From positions 1 to 64,000 of the forward strand of contig OZ252220.1 in NCBI GenBank assembly GCA_965249135.1: DNA of 64,000 nt, written 5' to 3'. Below are positions 37,690 through 47,508 of the stretch, one piece after another (position 1 is the first letter of the stretch; the number at the start of each line of letters is the position of its first letter). This DNA comes from Alphaproteobacteria bacterium. GTDB lineage: Bacteria > Pseudomonadota > Alphaproteobacteria > GCA-2746255. The translations under genes and the position numbers were made by a program. The notes beneath the pieces are model-generated. The model was not told the origin of the DNA and ran no database searches. It saw only the letters and a program-made list of their open reading frames with translations.

Positions 37690-40371
37690 ATGCAAGCGGA
37701 ATGGAGTCTGTCACGTTTGCTAATGGGGATGACGGAAAGGAACGACCATCCGGCCATCCTCGTCCTGCGTGGCGACAGCATTGAAAGTCATTCCTATAGA
37801 GACATCGCCGTCGCCTCGCGGCGATTGGGTCGCGGCCTGGCGAAGACCGGCATTCGCCCGGACGATGCGGTCGGTATTTGGGCGCCCAACCTTCCGGAGT
37901 GGATCATCCTTCGCTTTGGGATCGGCCTGGCGCGCGGCCTCGCCGTCGCAATCGATGATCTGGCAACGGAAGCCGAAGCCCGGACAATCCTTTCCGACAG
38001 CGATTGCCGGTTGCTGTTCACGACGGAGGAACACCTTCCGGCGGTCCGCAGCTTTTTTGCGGAAGGCGAGGGGCCCGACGTCTTTCTCCTCTCGGATGAC
38101 AAGAGCTATGGGAAAGACTTTCTCCTCTCGGATGACAAGAGCTATGGGAAAGACTGGAGGGAGTTGCTTGCGGAAACAGATGTCGAATTACCGCCGACGG
38201 ATATCCATTCGCCTGCGATGCTGGTCTATACCTCCGGTACTACCGGAAATCCGAAGTCCTTTGCACTCACGGAGAAACACCTCGCCGTCAATGTAGAGGC
38301 ACTGACGGCCGAGGGTCTGGTTACGACTTCCGACCGGGCAGTGTTGCCACTGCCTTTGCACCACGTCTATCCCTTCGTCATTGGAATCCTGACGCCGTTC
38401 TCCTGTGGCGCGACGGTCATCTTCCCGGAAACGGTTTCCGGCCCCGACCTCGTTCGGGCCATTCGCTTAGGTCGCGCCAGCATCCTCGTCGGCGTGCCGC
38501 GCCTTTACGCCGCGATCGTTTCCGCACTGGAAAGCCGTGTCGCGGATCGGGGCCGGCTTGCGGCGGTGCTTTTCCACCTGCTCCTTCGTCTCTCGATCTG
38601 GGGACGCCGCCGGCTCGGCCTTCGGTTAGGCCGACTGTTTTTCCGGGGCGTGCACGCCCGCCTTGGCTCGAACCTGCACCTCCTGGCTTCCGGTGGCGCG
38701 CGGTTCGAGGCGAGCCTCGTTTGGAAGCTGGAAGGTCTTGGCTGGGAGGTCTTGAGTGGCTATGGCCTTGCCGAGACCGGCTCGATCTTTACGGCCAACC
38801 TCCGGGGCCGCCAGCGGCTGGGCAGCGAGGGGTTGCCGCTGCCGGGTGGCGAACTTCGCATCGTGGACCCGGATGAAGACGGTGTCGGCGAAATTCAGCT
38901 AAAAGGCCCGAGCGTCTTTGCCGGCTATCGAAACAACCCCGAGGCCAACCAGACCGCCTTTACCGAGGATAAGTGGTTCCGAACCGGCGATCTCGGTTAC
39001 CGGGACGAGGATGGCTATCTCTATGTGACCGGTCGTGCCAAGGAGATGATCGTGCTTGGCGGGGCCAGGAATGTCTTTCCGGAGGGGGTCGAGCAGGTCT
39101 ATGGACAAAGCCCTTATATTGCCGAAATCGCCGTGCTGGAGCGAGCCGGCAAGCTGGTGGCGCTTGTCCGACCGGATTTCGATGCGATCCAGAAAAGCAT
39201 CAGCGCACGCGTCGAAGACGTGCTGCGTATAACCCTTTCCGAACTTTCCCAACGGCTTCCCTCCTTTCAACGCATCGCCGGCTACGCCATCGTTCGCGAG
39301 ACGTTGCCGTGCACCCGTCTTGGCAAATACAAGCGCTATCAGCTGCCGGAGATTTACGAGAACGCGCTTGCCGGCCGCAGGGCCGTAGGGCCGGCAAGGC
39401 TCACGGACGAGGACGAGGCGCTCTTGGCGAATTCGCCCGTTAGGGAAGTCTGGGAATGGCTCCACCAGCGCTTCCCGGGAAAAGAGATCGCGCTTGAGAC
39501 CAGTCCCCAACTCGACCTGGAAATCGATTCCCTCGACTGGGTGAATCTCTCCCTTGAACTTGAGAGCAGGTTTGCCATCAAGCTCGCCGAGGCGGACTTG
39601 GCGGGGGTCCAGTCGATCCGGGAATTTCTCGAACTCACGAGAAGTGCGGAACCGGCACCCGCCCACCCGCCGGGGGAAGCCTTGGCAGCCGAACTCACCC
39701 CCGACCAAGCGGCCTGGCTTGCCCCCACCGGCATGGCGGCGACCTTTCTCGGGATTTGTCTCTACGGCCTTAACCGGCTTCTCGTGCGCCTTTTCTTCCG
39801 CCTTAAGGTCGAAGGCCTCGAGAACCTGCCAAGGGAAGGGGCCTATGTCGTCGCCGCGAATCACGCAAGCGACCTCGATCCGCTCGTGATTGCGGCGGCC
39901 TTTCCGTTACGGGCCATGCGACGCATTTACTGGGGAGGCGAGGTGAGCCGGCTCTTTACCTCCGGGCTCAAGGCGCGGCTTGCGCGGGCGATCCACATCT
40001 TTCCGGTGGATGAACGGGCCCCAGGGACGGTGCTCGCCATGGCCTCAAACGTGCTGGCTGCGGGCAACGCGCTTGTCTGGTTCCCCGAATCCTGGCGCTC
40101 GCCGACCGGCGAGCTGCAGCGTTTTCTTCCCGGCATAGGCAGGCTGCTCGAGCAATCCGCCGTGCCCGTATTGCCGGCCTATATTCAGGGTACGTTCAAA
40201 GCCATGTCCCGCGACCGACGGCTGCCTCGGCCGTACCCCGTGCGCGTCATCCTGGGCAAGCCGTTGGATCCCGCCGGCCTCTTGGAAGCGGGCAAGGGGG
40301 ATACGGCCTACGCTCGGATCGCAAGCGCGTTGAAGGAAAAGGTGGCCGAGCTGCGTCCGGAGACCGGCTAG
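37690..40371 (+). CDS. Long-chain acyl-CoA/ACP ligase fused to carrier domain and PlsC-type acyltransferase
   Basis: YTSGTTGNPK, GYGLAET, FRTGDLG; IDSL phosphopantetheine motif; NHASDLD and FPE acyltransferase motifs. Confidence 0.9.
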   Translation: MQAEWSLSRLLMGMTERNDHPAILVLRGDSIESHSYRDIAVASRRLGRGLAKTGIRPDDAVGIWAPNLPEWIILRFGIGLARGLAVAIDDLATEAEARTILSDSDCRLLFTTEEHLPAVRSFFAEGEGPDVFLLSDDKSYGKDFLLSDDKSYGKDWRELLAETDVELPPTDIHSPAMLVYTSGTTGNPKSFALTEKHLAVNVEALTAEGLVTTSDRAVLPLPLHHVYPFVIGILTPFSCGATVIFPETVSGPDLVRAIRLGRASILVGVPRLYAAIVSALESRVADRGRLAAVLFHLLLRLSIWGRRRLGLRLGRLFFRGVHARLGSNLHLLASGGARFEASLVWKLEGLGWEVLSGYGLAETGSIFTANLRGRQRLGSEGLPLPGGELRIVDPDEDGVGEIQLKGPSVFAGYRNNPEANQTAFTEDKWFRTGDLGYRDEDGYLYVTGRAKEMIVLGGARNVFPEGVEQVYGQSPYIAEIAVLERAGKLVALVRPDFDAIQKSISARVEDVLRITLSELSQRLPSFQRIAGYAIVRETLPCTRLGKYKRYQLPEIYENALAGRRAVGPARLTDEDEALLANSPVREVWEWLHQRFPGKEIALETSPQLDLEIDSLDWVNLSLELESRFAIKLAEADLAGVQSIREFLELTRSAEPAPAHPPGEALAAELTPDQAAWLAPTGMAATFLGICLYGLNRLLVRLFFRLKVEGLENLPREGAYVVAANHASDLDPLVIAAAFPLRAMRRIYWGGEVSRLFTSGLKARLARAIHIFPVDERAPGTVLAMASNVLAAGNALVWFPESWRSPTGELQRFLPGIGRLLEQSAVPVLPAYIQGTFKAMSRDRRLPRPYPVRVILGKPLDPAGLLEAGKGDTAYARIASALKEKVAELRPETG
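38082..38153. repeat. Perfect in-frame 36-bp tandem duplication
   Basis: FLLSDDKSYGKD encoded twice with identical DNA. Confidence 0.95.
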
Positions 40372-40397
40372 GCTTCCGGCCCTTCAGGCCAAGCGGC

Positions 40398-41672
40398 CTA
40401 TGCAGCGTCCGGTTCCCGAACCAGGAGCATCAGCAGAAGGCCGATCACGAAGAAGGGCACAATCGTCGCCATGCCGGCGCGCTGACTTTCCGTAATCACG
40501 ACGACGAAACTAAACAGTGCCGGCCCGATGAAGGCGGTCGCCTTCCCGGTGAGCGAGTAAAGGCCGAACATCTGCGAATGCATACCTTCCGGTGCCAGTC
40601 GGGCCATCAGGGACCGGCTTGCCGATTGGACCGGGCCGAAGAATATGCCTAACACGAGCCCAAGTCCCCAGAACCAGGTTTTTGATTCCGTAAAGAGAAT
40701 AGCGACGGATGTGAATATCAACGCGACCAATGCAATGGCAATCACTCGGCGCGCCCCGATCCAATCGTCGAGCCAGGCGAAGGCGGCTGCCCCGATACCG
40801 GCCGTTACGTTCAGTGCGATCCCGAATTCCAGCACTTCGATGATGTCCATCTGAAAAGTCCCGGCCGCATAAATCCCACCGAACAGGAAGAGGGTATTGA
40901 TTCCGTCGATGTAGATCATATGGGCAAGCAGATACCAGGCGACCGACGGATAGCGCCGCACGGTGCGCAGCGTGCCCAGCACCTCGGCAAAGCCTTCACG
41001 CAGAACCTTGGCCTTCGACAGGCCGGTTCTCGGCTCGTCCGGCGTAAAGAAAAAGAGAGGCAGCGCAAAGACGGCAAACCAGATCGCCGCAAGCGGCGCG
41101 ACGGCCCGGACGTGTTCGGCGGCCTCCTTGTCGAGGCCGAAAGGCGGGGTTTCCGGCTGAACGATCCAGACGAGCGCGATCGCAAGGCAAACCAGACCGC
41201 CCGCGTAGCCGGCTCCCCAGCCCCAGCCGGAAACGCGTCCGAACAGATGGCGCGGTACGAACGCCGGCAGCATCGAATTGTAGAAAACGATCGCAAGCTC
41301 GAAACCGAGATTGGTGACGGCAAGCAGAACGAGGGCAAAGAGAACGTCATCGACGGATGGGCGCACGAACCACATGCACGCGACCGCCAGGATCGCAATC
41401 AGGCTGAACATGCCAAGCCATGGCTTTCGCTGGCCGGCCTTGTCGGAGAAGGCCCCGAGGATCGGGCTCAGCACCGCGATCAGAAGGGCGGAAATGGTGA
41501 GCGTCAGCCCCCATTGGGCGGTCCCCGTTACCGGATCGGCAGCGACGGCCTGGGTGAAATAAGGCGCGAAGACGAAGGTAAGAATGATCGCCGGGATGGC
41601 TGAGTTGGCCCAGTCATAGAAGCACCACGCCGTCACCGACGCCCGAAGCTTGCTGGATTCAGGCCCTCCCAA
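40398..41672 (-). CDS. MFS transporter (UMF1/ATG22-like)
   Basis: AWCFYDWANSA, FYNSMLP, GRVSGWGWGAGY, QSASRSLM; about 12 TM. Confidence 0.88.
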   Translation of the reverse strand: MGGPESSKLRASVTAWCFYDWANSAIPAIILTFVFAPYFTQAVAADPVTGTAQWGLTLTISALLIAVLSPILGAFSDKAGQRKPWLGMFSLIAILAVACMWFVRPSVDDVLFALVLLAVTNLGFELAIVFYNSMLPAFVPRHLFGRVSGWGWGAGYAGGLVCLAIALVWIVQPETPPFGLDKEAAEHVRAVAPLAAIWFAVFALPLFFFTPDEPRTGLSKAKVLREGFAEVLGTLRTVRRYPSVAWYLLAHMIYIDGINTLFLFGGIYAAGTFQMDIIEVLEFGIALNVTAGIGAAAFAWLDDWIGARRVIAIALVALIFTSVAILFTESKTWFWGLGLVLGIFFGPVQSASRSLMARLAPEGMHSQMFGLYSLTGKATAFIGPALFSFVVVITESQRAGMATIVPFFVIGLLLMLLVREPDAA

Positions 41673-41701
41673 TCGGTTTTCCTTTCCTTGGCTTTCTTGG
41701 C

Positions 41702-43081
41702 TTATCCGGCAAGTGACTCACCAAGGTCTGCGGCGCGCTCACACGCCTCGAGGGCCTCAATCCGCTGCAGGATGGCTTCGCTTCGCTCGGCATCCGCGAC
41801 AAAAGCCGCGTTCTCCCGGAACTTCGCGCGAATCTCCTCCATCGTGAGAGGGCGGTCCGCGCAACCCCGGTTCTGGTGCTCGCGGTGGGAAAGCTCACGC
41901 CCGTCTTTCATCGTGACGACAAGTTCACCGGAAAAGTATTTCGGGAAGCCGGCGTTCGGATCCGCCTCGTAGTCCACCTTTTGAGCCAAGGCCAGGATCG
42001 CCGGGTCCGAAAGCACCTCTTGCTCGAGTTCCGGCAAACCGAAGCGTCCACGTAGGAAGGCGGTGGCGACGAGATAGGGAACGCTGAACTGGGCATCGTA
42101 GCCATTCGCCGGCTTTTGCTTGTTTTTGACCGGCTCGCAGACGGTCGTGATGACCTCCTTCGGCACCAGGGCCCGAACATGGGCGATGTCTTCGACCCGT
42201 AATTGTTGTTCGTTCCTTAAGGCAAGGGCGGCGTCGATGCAGGCGTGTGCGAAATGGCAGGCAGGGTAGGGCTTCGTTGCGACGTTTTGAAGCTCCCAGA
42301 CGCTTCCCAAGGCCGCTGTTGCGAGGCCGTAGTCGCAATTCGCCTCCTCCGGCCCAAGGTGGGATTTGTAGAGTCCGAAGCGGCCCTCATAGGCTCGTCT
42401 CGGGCCGATGAAGCCGTGTTTTGCAAGCATGGCCGCCGTCAGACCGGCCGCCGCCGCCCAGCCCGGGTGCAGCCGCTTTGTCCAGGCCCCATCCTCCAAG
42501 AACTCCATGCTGCCAGACGCGAGGCTAAGGGCCACCCCTTGCGCCATGGCATGGGCATTTGCGTCGAGCCCGAAAAGCCTGCCTGCGATCAGCGTGCATC
42601 CGAAGATGCCGGCAAGGCTCGTCGGGTGAAATCCCACCTGATGGAACCCTCCTTTCGCCACCGCCCCGATCCGTGCGCTCACTTCGATACCAAGCACGAA
42701 GGCGGTGAGCATGGCCTTTCCGGAGGCCTCGGCCAGGGTGGCGGCAGCAAGTGCCGTGGGAAAGGCGCTGGCCGTCGGATGGACGATGCCGGCGACGTGG
42801 GTGTCGTCATAGTCGAGGCCGTGAATCAGGAAGCCGTTCATCACCGCCGCATCGCGCAAAGGTAGCCGTTCCTTGCGGCCGATGACAGGCGCACCGCCAT
42901 GGGAGGAAAGGGCGCTCAAGCCCCGGAAGGTCTTTTCCGCGAAGTCGAAATGGTTGGAGGCAAAGGCGATACCGACCGCATCCAGGATGAGGGCCTTCGC
43001 GCGGGTCCGCACCTCGAGAGGCACGTCTTCGTCCCGAAGGCCGGCGGCAAATTCGCCAAGGGTTTCCGAAATGCTCGCCAT
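41702..43081 (-). CDS. MmgE/PrpD family protein
   Basis: HGLDYDDTH..HP, GFHPT, WTKRLH, KPYPACHFAH, YDAQFS. Confidence 0.9.
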   Translation of the reverse strand: MASISETLGEFAAGLRDEDVPLEVRTRAKALILDAVGIAFASNHFDFAEKTFRGLSALSSHGGAPVIGRKERLPLRDAAVMNGFLIHGLDYDDTHVAGIVHPTASAFPTALAAATLAEASGKAMLTAFVLGIEVSARIGAVAKGGFHQVGFHPTSLAGIFGCTLIAGRLFGLDANAHAMAQGVALSLASGSMEFLEDGAWTKRLHPGWAAAAGLTAAMLAKHGFIGPRRAYEGRFGLYKSHLGPEEANCDYGLATAALGSVWELQNVATKPYPACHFAHACIDAALALRNEQQLRVEDIAHVRALVPKEVITTVCEPVKNKQKPANGYDAQFSVPYLVATAFLRGRFGLPELEQEVLSDPAILALAQKVDYEADPNAGFPKYFSGELVVTMKDGRELSHREHQNRGCADRPLTMEEIRAKFRENAAFVADAERSEAILQRIEALEACERAADLGESLAG

Positions 43082-43144
43082 GGGGGGCCCTTAAGGTGCG
43101 GGTTGAAGGGGCTGCCTGAACGCTCTCCTATACCGCCCTGGAGC

Positions 43145-43687
43145 CTAGCTTGAAAGCAGTGGCGTGGGATCGATGACCGGATAGGTCTTGTAGAGATCCA
43201 CCAGCCTGCCGGACGGGTCCCGGACCCGGTGGTTCCGGCGCGCCGGGTCCTCCGCCTGGCGCATCTCGAGATGGAGGTGATTCGTGATCCCGGGGTATCG
43301 CCGTGTCGGGTCCTGGACCGTGCCAAGTCGGGTCTTTCCAGCCTCCACGGCCTCGTTCGCCTCGACGAAGGGGAAGACGTAGAAATGCCGAACCACCTGG
43401 CCCGCTGCCGTCGTGACCTCTACGTAGCGGTAATGGGGGTCCCCCGAATAGGCCCAGCCGAGACGGCTGACGGTCCCGCTGACGGAGCTCATGACAGGGG
43501 TGCCATGGGCGGCGATCAGGTCGACCCCCAGATGTTTTCGCCTGCCGCCGTCACGGGCCACACCGAAGTGGCCTTCCCCTTTTGTATCCCTTCCACGGAT
43601 TGTCGGGCTGGGGATCGGGTTGGCCAGTCGGGGCAGGGCCGGGGGGATCGCCGCGGGCAGAGGCTTTGGTAGGACCGGTATGGCCAT
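43145..43687 (-). CDS. M23 zinc metallopeptidase, LECT2-like
   Basis: HLGVD and HLH zinc ligands; YPGITNHLHLE..DPTPLL. Confidence 0.8.
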   Translation of the reverse strand: MAIPVLPKPLPAAIPPALPRLANPIPSPTIRGRDTKGEGHFGVARDGGRRKHLGVDLIAAHGTPVMSSVSGTVSRLGWAYSGDPHYRYVEVTTAAGQVVRHFYVFPFVEANEAVEAGKTRLGTVQDPTRRYPGITNHLHLEMRQAEDPARRNHRVRDPSGRLVDLYKTYPVIDPTPLLSS

Positions 43688-43828
43688 AGGAACTACTTTG
43701 TTATGGGATATGCCATCCGCCCGCTTGTCATTTTACGGAATTAGGAATAGTATCCTAGTTCGCGGGGACCGTCAAGAAGCAGGGCTTACGTATTGCCTTT
43801 CCTTGTCTGGCAAGCCAAGGTCGCGCCC

Positions 43829-44878
43829 ATGATGAAGACAGAGCCGGCTCGGTTGGACCGCCGCATCTCCGTCGCCCCCATGATGGATCGGACGGACCGC
43901 CATGATCGTTACTTCCTGCGGCAAATCTCAAGGCGGGCCCTTCTCTATACGGAGATGGTGGCGACCGGGGAGGTCCTCCATGGGGACCCGGAACGCTGCT
44001 TGGCCTTCCACCCGGACGAACATCCGCTGGCCCTGCAGCTCGGCGGCTCGGAGCCTGTCGAGCTTGCCGCCGCGGCCCGGCTTGGGGAAGCGTTCGGCTA
44101 TGACGAGATCAACCTCAATGTCGGCTGCCCAAGCGATCGGGTCCAACGGGGCCGCTTCGGCGCCTGCCTGATGACCGAGCCCGAGCGCGTCGGAGAGGGC
44201 CTACGGGCGATGGGAGAGGCCGTTGTGGTCCCGGTCACGGTCAAGACCCGGATCGGGGTCGACGAGAACGACGGCTACGATTTTCTGGTTCGCTTCATCG
44301 AGGCGGTAGCGGCAGCGGGCTGTAGGACCGTCATCGTCCATGCCCGCAAGGCCTACCTGAAGGGCCTGAGCCCGAAGGAGAACCGCTCGGTGCCGCCGCT
44401 TCGCTATGAGGTCGTTTATCGGCTGAAGGCGGATTTCCCCGATCTCGAGATCGTCCTCAATGGCGGCGTCGAGACCCTGGATGCGGTGGAGGCCCATCTT
44501 GCCCATGTCGATGGCGCGATGATCGGGCGGGCCGCCTATCAGAACCCCTACCTGCTAGCCGAGGTCGATCGGCGCTTCTTCGGCGAGACCGAACCGCCCC
44601 CCTCCCGGCAGGCGGTCCTGGAGGCCATGCTTCCCTACCTGGCGGCCGAGGTCGAAAAAGGGGTTCCCCTTGCCCGGATGACCCGCCATCTCTTTGGTCT
44701 GTTTACCGGGGTCCCGGGGGCAAGGGCTTGGCGGCAACACCTAAGCGAGCTTGCCATCCTGCCCTGCGCCAATGAAGACGTCGTTCACGAAGCCCTTCGC
44801 GCGGTCGTCATGGCAGAGGCCCCAACGCCAAGCCTTGGCGTCGAGCCGGTCGTGTCAGCCGTCGGGGATGTGTCCTAG
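43829..44878 (+). CDS. dusA: tRNA dihydrouridine synthase A
   Basis: SVAPMMD.TDRH, LQLGGS, NLNVGCPSDRVQ, HARKA.L.GLSPKENR. Confidence 0.95.
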   Translation: MMKTEPARLDRRISVAPMMDRTDRHDRYFLRQISRRALLYTEMVATGEVLHGDPERCLAFHPDEHPLALQLGGSEPVELAAAARLGEAFGYDEINLNVGCPSDRVQRGRFGACLMTEPERVGEGLRAMGEAVVVPVTVKTRIGVDENDGYDFLVRFIEAVAAAGCRTVIVHARKAYLKGLSPKENRSVPPLRYEVVYRLKADFPDLEIVLNGGVETLDAVEAHLAHVDGAMIGRAAYQNPYLLAEVDRRFFGETEPPPSRQAVLEAMLPYLAAEVEKGVPLARMTRHLFGLFTGVPGARAWRQHLSELAILPCANEDVVHEALRAVVMAEAPTPSLGVEPVVSAVGDVS

Positions 44879-45216
44879 ACGCTGAAGGATTCCCCGCAGC
44901 CGCAGGTTCCCTTCACGTTCGGGTTCTTGAAGACGAAGCCGGATTGGAACGTGTCTTCGACGTAGTCGATCTCGCTGCCGATCAGAAACATCAGAGCCGC
45001 CGGATCGATGAAAAGCGTAATCCCCTTGACCTCGATAACCTCGTCGCCCGCCGGCGCGTCATCGACATATTCCATCTTGTAGGAATGGCCGGAACAACCG
45101 CTATTCGTCACGGCAAGCCGGAGGCCAAGGGCAGACTTTTCCTGCCGGCGCGCGAGCAGCGCCTTGACCCGCTCGGCGGCGGCGTCCGTCATCGTCACTG
45201 GGGCGTTTTCCGGCAT
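44875..45216 (-). CDS. sufA: A-type Fe-S carrier (IscA/SufA)
   Basis: GCSG..CGCGESF. Confidence 0.9.
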   Translation of the reverse strand: MPENAPVTMTDAAAERVKALLARRQEKSALGLRLAVTNSGCSGHSYKMEYVDDAPAGDEVIEVKGITLFIDPAALMFLIGSEIDYVEDTFQSGFVFKNPNVKGTCGCGESFSV

Positions 45217-45228
45217 ACGCTTCCTTTC

Positions 45229-45780
45229 CTACAAGATACCCACTTCAAGCCGCGCCGCTTCCGACATCATGCTCTGGTCCCAGGGCGGATCGAAAACGAC
45301 CTCCACATGCGCCTCCTTCACGTTCGGCACGCTGAGCAGTTTCTGACGGACGTCCTCGGCAATGATATCCCCCATGCCGCAGCCCGGCGCGGTAAGCGTC
45401 ATCGTGACCTCGACCCCGCTTCCACCCGTCTCAAGCGCTGAGATCTTGCAGTCGTAGATGAGGCCCAGCTCGACGATGTTGATCGGGATTTCCGGATCGT
45501 AGCAGGTCCGAAGCCGCTCCCAGATTTCCGCCTCATCCGCTTCCGCGCCTTTCCCCGCTTTCTTTGATGGCGCTGCCTTGTCCCCGGTTTCCAAGCCAAG
45601 GGCGTCCGCGTCCTTGCCATCGATGCGGGCGAGGTTGCCGTGTACGGCGACCGTAAAGGACCCTCCGAGCGCCTGGGTGAGCGTCACCGGGGTGCCGGCC
45701 TGAAGCTCGATCCGCGTACCGGCGGGGATCAGGGTCGCGTCGCAATCCCGTCCCAATGTGAGGATGCCTTCTTCGGTCAT
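45229..45780 (-). CDS. sufT: Fe-S assembly protein SufT (DUF59)
   Basis: YDPEIPINIVELGLIY, TLTAPGCGMG, FDPPW. Confidence 0.9.
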   Translation of the reverse strand: MTEEGILTLGRDCDATLIPAGTRIELQAGTPVTLTQALGGSFTVAVHGNLARIDGKDADALGLETGDKAAPSKKAGKGAEADEAEIWERLRTCYDPEIPINIVELGLIYDCKISALETGGSGVEVTMTLTAPGCGMGDIIAEDVRQKLLSVPNVKEAHVEVVFDPPWDQSMMSEAARLEVGIL

Positions 45781-45796
45781 TCCTTACTTGCTCCGT

Positions 45797-46252
45797 CTAC
45801 TCCGTTTTTACGGCCTCGTGCCGCTCGTCCAGCGCGGCGGCGAGCGTGTGCCAGGCGAGCGTTGCGCACTTCACGCGTGCTGGGAACGCCCGCACACCCG
45901 TCAACGCAGCCAGCTTTTCCATTGCCACAAGCTCATCCGCTGTAGGCGGCTCCTTCCGCGTGACCAACCCCTGAAATTGGCGGAAGAGGGCCCGCGCCTC
46001 CGTTTCCGTCTTGCCCACGACCATGTCCGTCATCATCGAGGCCGATGCGGTTGAAATCGCGCAACCGACGCCCTCGAAGGCGACGGCCTTCACACGGCCA
46101 TCTTCGACGATCAATGCAACCACGAGCCGATCGCCGCAGAGCGGATTGAAGCCTTCCGCTTCGCGATTCGAGCCCGCAAGCCTTCCGAAATGCCGGGGCC
46201 GCCGGCTGTGGTCGATGATGACTTCCTGATAAAGATCCTTGAGGTCGAACAT
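45797..46252 (-). CDS. sufU: SUF sulfur-transfer protein SufU
   Basis: LYQEVIIDH, NPLCGD, GCAIS, RVKCATLAWH. Confidence 0.92.
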   Translation of the reverse strand: MFDLKDLYQEVIIDHSRRPRHFGRLAGSNREAEGFNPLCGDRLVVALIVEDGRVKAVAFEGVGCAISTASASMMTDMVVGKTETEARALFRQFQGLVTRKEPPTADELVAMEKLAALTGVRAFPARVKCATLAWHTLAAALDERHEAVKTE

Positions 46253-47508
46253 CAGCCAAAGATCTCCAGCACCTTTTCGAGGCCGGCCGCTAAGGCGTCC
46301 GCATCCTCGGTGGTGTTGTAAAGTCCAAACGAAGCCCGCGCCGTTGCCGGCACACCAAAGCGTTCCATAAGCGGCTGGGCGCAGTGATGACCGGTCCGGA
46401 TCGCCACCCCTTCGCCATCGAGAACCGTCCCCACATCGTGGGGATGGACACCCTCGAGGGTGAAGGAAAGGATGCTTGCCTTCACCCTTGCCGTGCCGAT
46501 CAGCCGAAGCCCCTTGATGCGAGAGAGGCATTCCGTTGTGTGATCGAGGAGCGTCTGCTCATGGGCCATGATTGCAGGGATCTCGAGCCCCTCAAGGTAG
46601 TCGATCGCGGCACCCAACCCGATGGCGCCCGCGATGTGCGGCGTTCCCGCCTCGAACTTGTGGGGCATGACGTTGTAATCCGTCTTCTCGAAGGTAACCG
46701 AGCGAATCATGTCGCCGCCGCCCTGATAAGGCGGCATGGCTTCAAGGTGTTTGGCCTTTCCGTAAAGCACCCCGATGCCGGAGGGGCCATAAAGCTTGTG
46801 GCCGGAAAAGACATAGAAATCGCAATCGAGGTCCTGAACATCCACCTTCCGATGCGGAACGGCCTGGCAACCATCGACGAGCACCGGCACGCCCCTTTCA
46901 TGGGCAAGCCGAATGATGTCGTGAATGGGTGTGACCGTCCCGATCGCATTCGAAACCTGCGTCATTGCCACGAGACGCGTACGCGCATTCAAAAGCTCTG
47001 AATACGCGTCCATCCGAAGTTCTCCGGCATCGTTTACAGGCACAATCCGAAGTACGATGCCGGTCATGTCCCTTAAGATCTGCCATGGCACGATGTTCGA
47101 ATGGTGTTCGAGGACGGAGAGAACGATCTCGTCGCCTTCCTTCAGGAACGCCCGGCCAAAGCTTTGCGCGACGAGGTTGATTCCTTCCGTTGCCCCACGG
47201 ACGAAGATGATCTCGCGTCCCTCGGGCGCATTCAGGAAGGCGCGGACCTTCTCGCGGGCGCCTTCAAAAGCAGCCGTCGTCTTTTCAGACAACTCGTAAA
47301 CGCCGCGATGGATGTTCGCGTATTCCGCCTCGTAGACATGGCTGACCGTCTCGATGACCGGACGCGGTTTCTGTGCACTCGCGGCGCTGTCCAGATAGAC
47401 GAGCGGCCTTCCATGAGCCTGCGTCTTCAGGATCGGAAAGTCTTCCCGGGCGCGCCAGGCGTCGAAACCGGGTGGCGCCGGCCGCAGGGTGGGGGCGAGT
47501 TTCGTCAT
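46252..47508 (-). CDS. sufS: Cysteine desulfurase SufS
   Basis: YLDSAASAQKP, FSGHKLYGP, RTGHHCAQP. Confidence 0.95.
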   Translation of the reverse strand: MTKLAPTLRPAPPGFDAWRAREDFPILKTQAHGRPLVYLDSAASAQKPRPVIETVSHVYEAEYANIHRGVYELSEKTTAAFEGAREKVRAFLNAPEGREIIFVRGATEGINLVAQSFGRAFLKEGDEIVLSVLEHHSNIVPWQILRDMTGIVLRIVPVNDAGELRMDAYSELLNARTRLVAMTQVSNAIGTVTPIHDIIRLAHERGVPVLVDGCQAVPHRKVDVQDLDCDFYVFSGHKLYGPSGIGVLYGKAKHLEAMPPYQGGGDMIRSVTFEKTDYNVMPHKFEAGTPHIAGAIGLGAAIDYLEGLEIPAIMAHEQTLLDHTTECLSRIKGLRLIGTARVKASILSFTLEGVHPHDVGTVLDGEGVAIRTGHHCAQPLMERFGVPATARASFGLYNTTEDADALAAGLEKVLEIFG

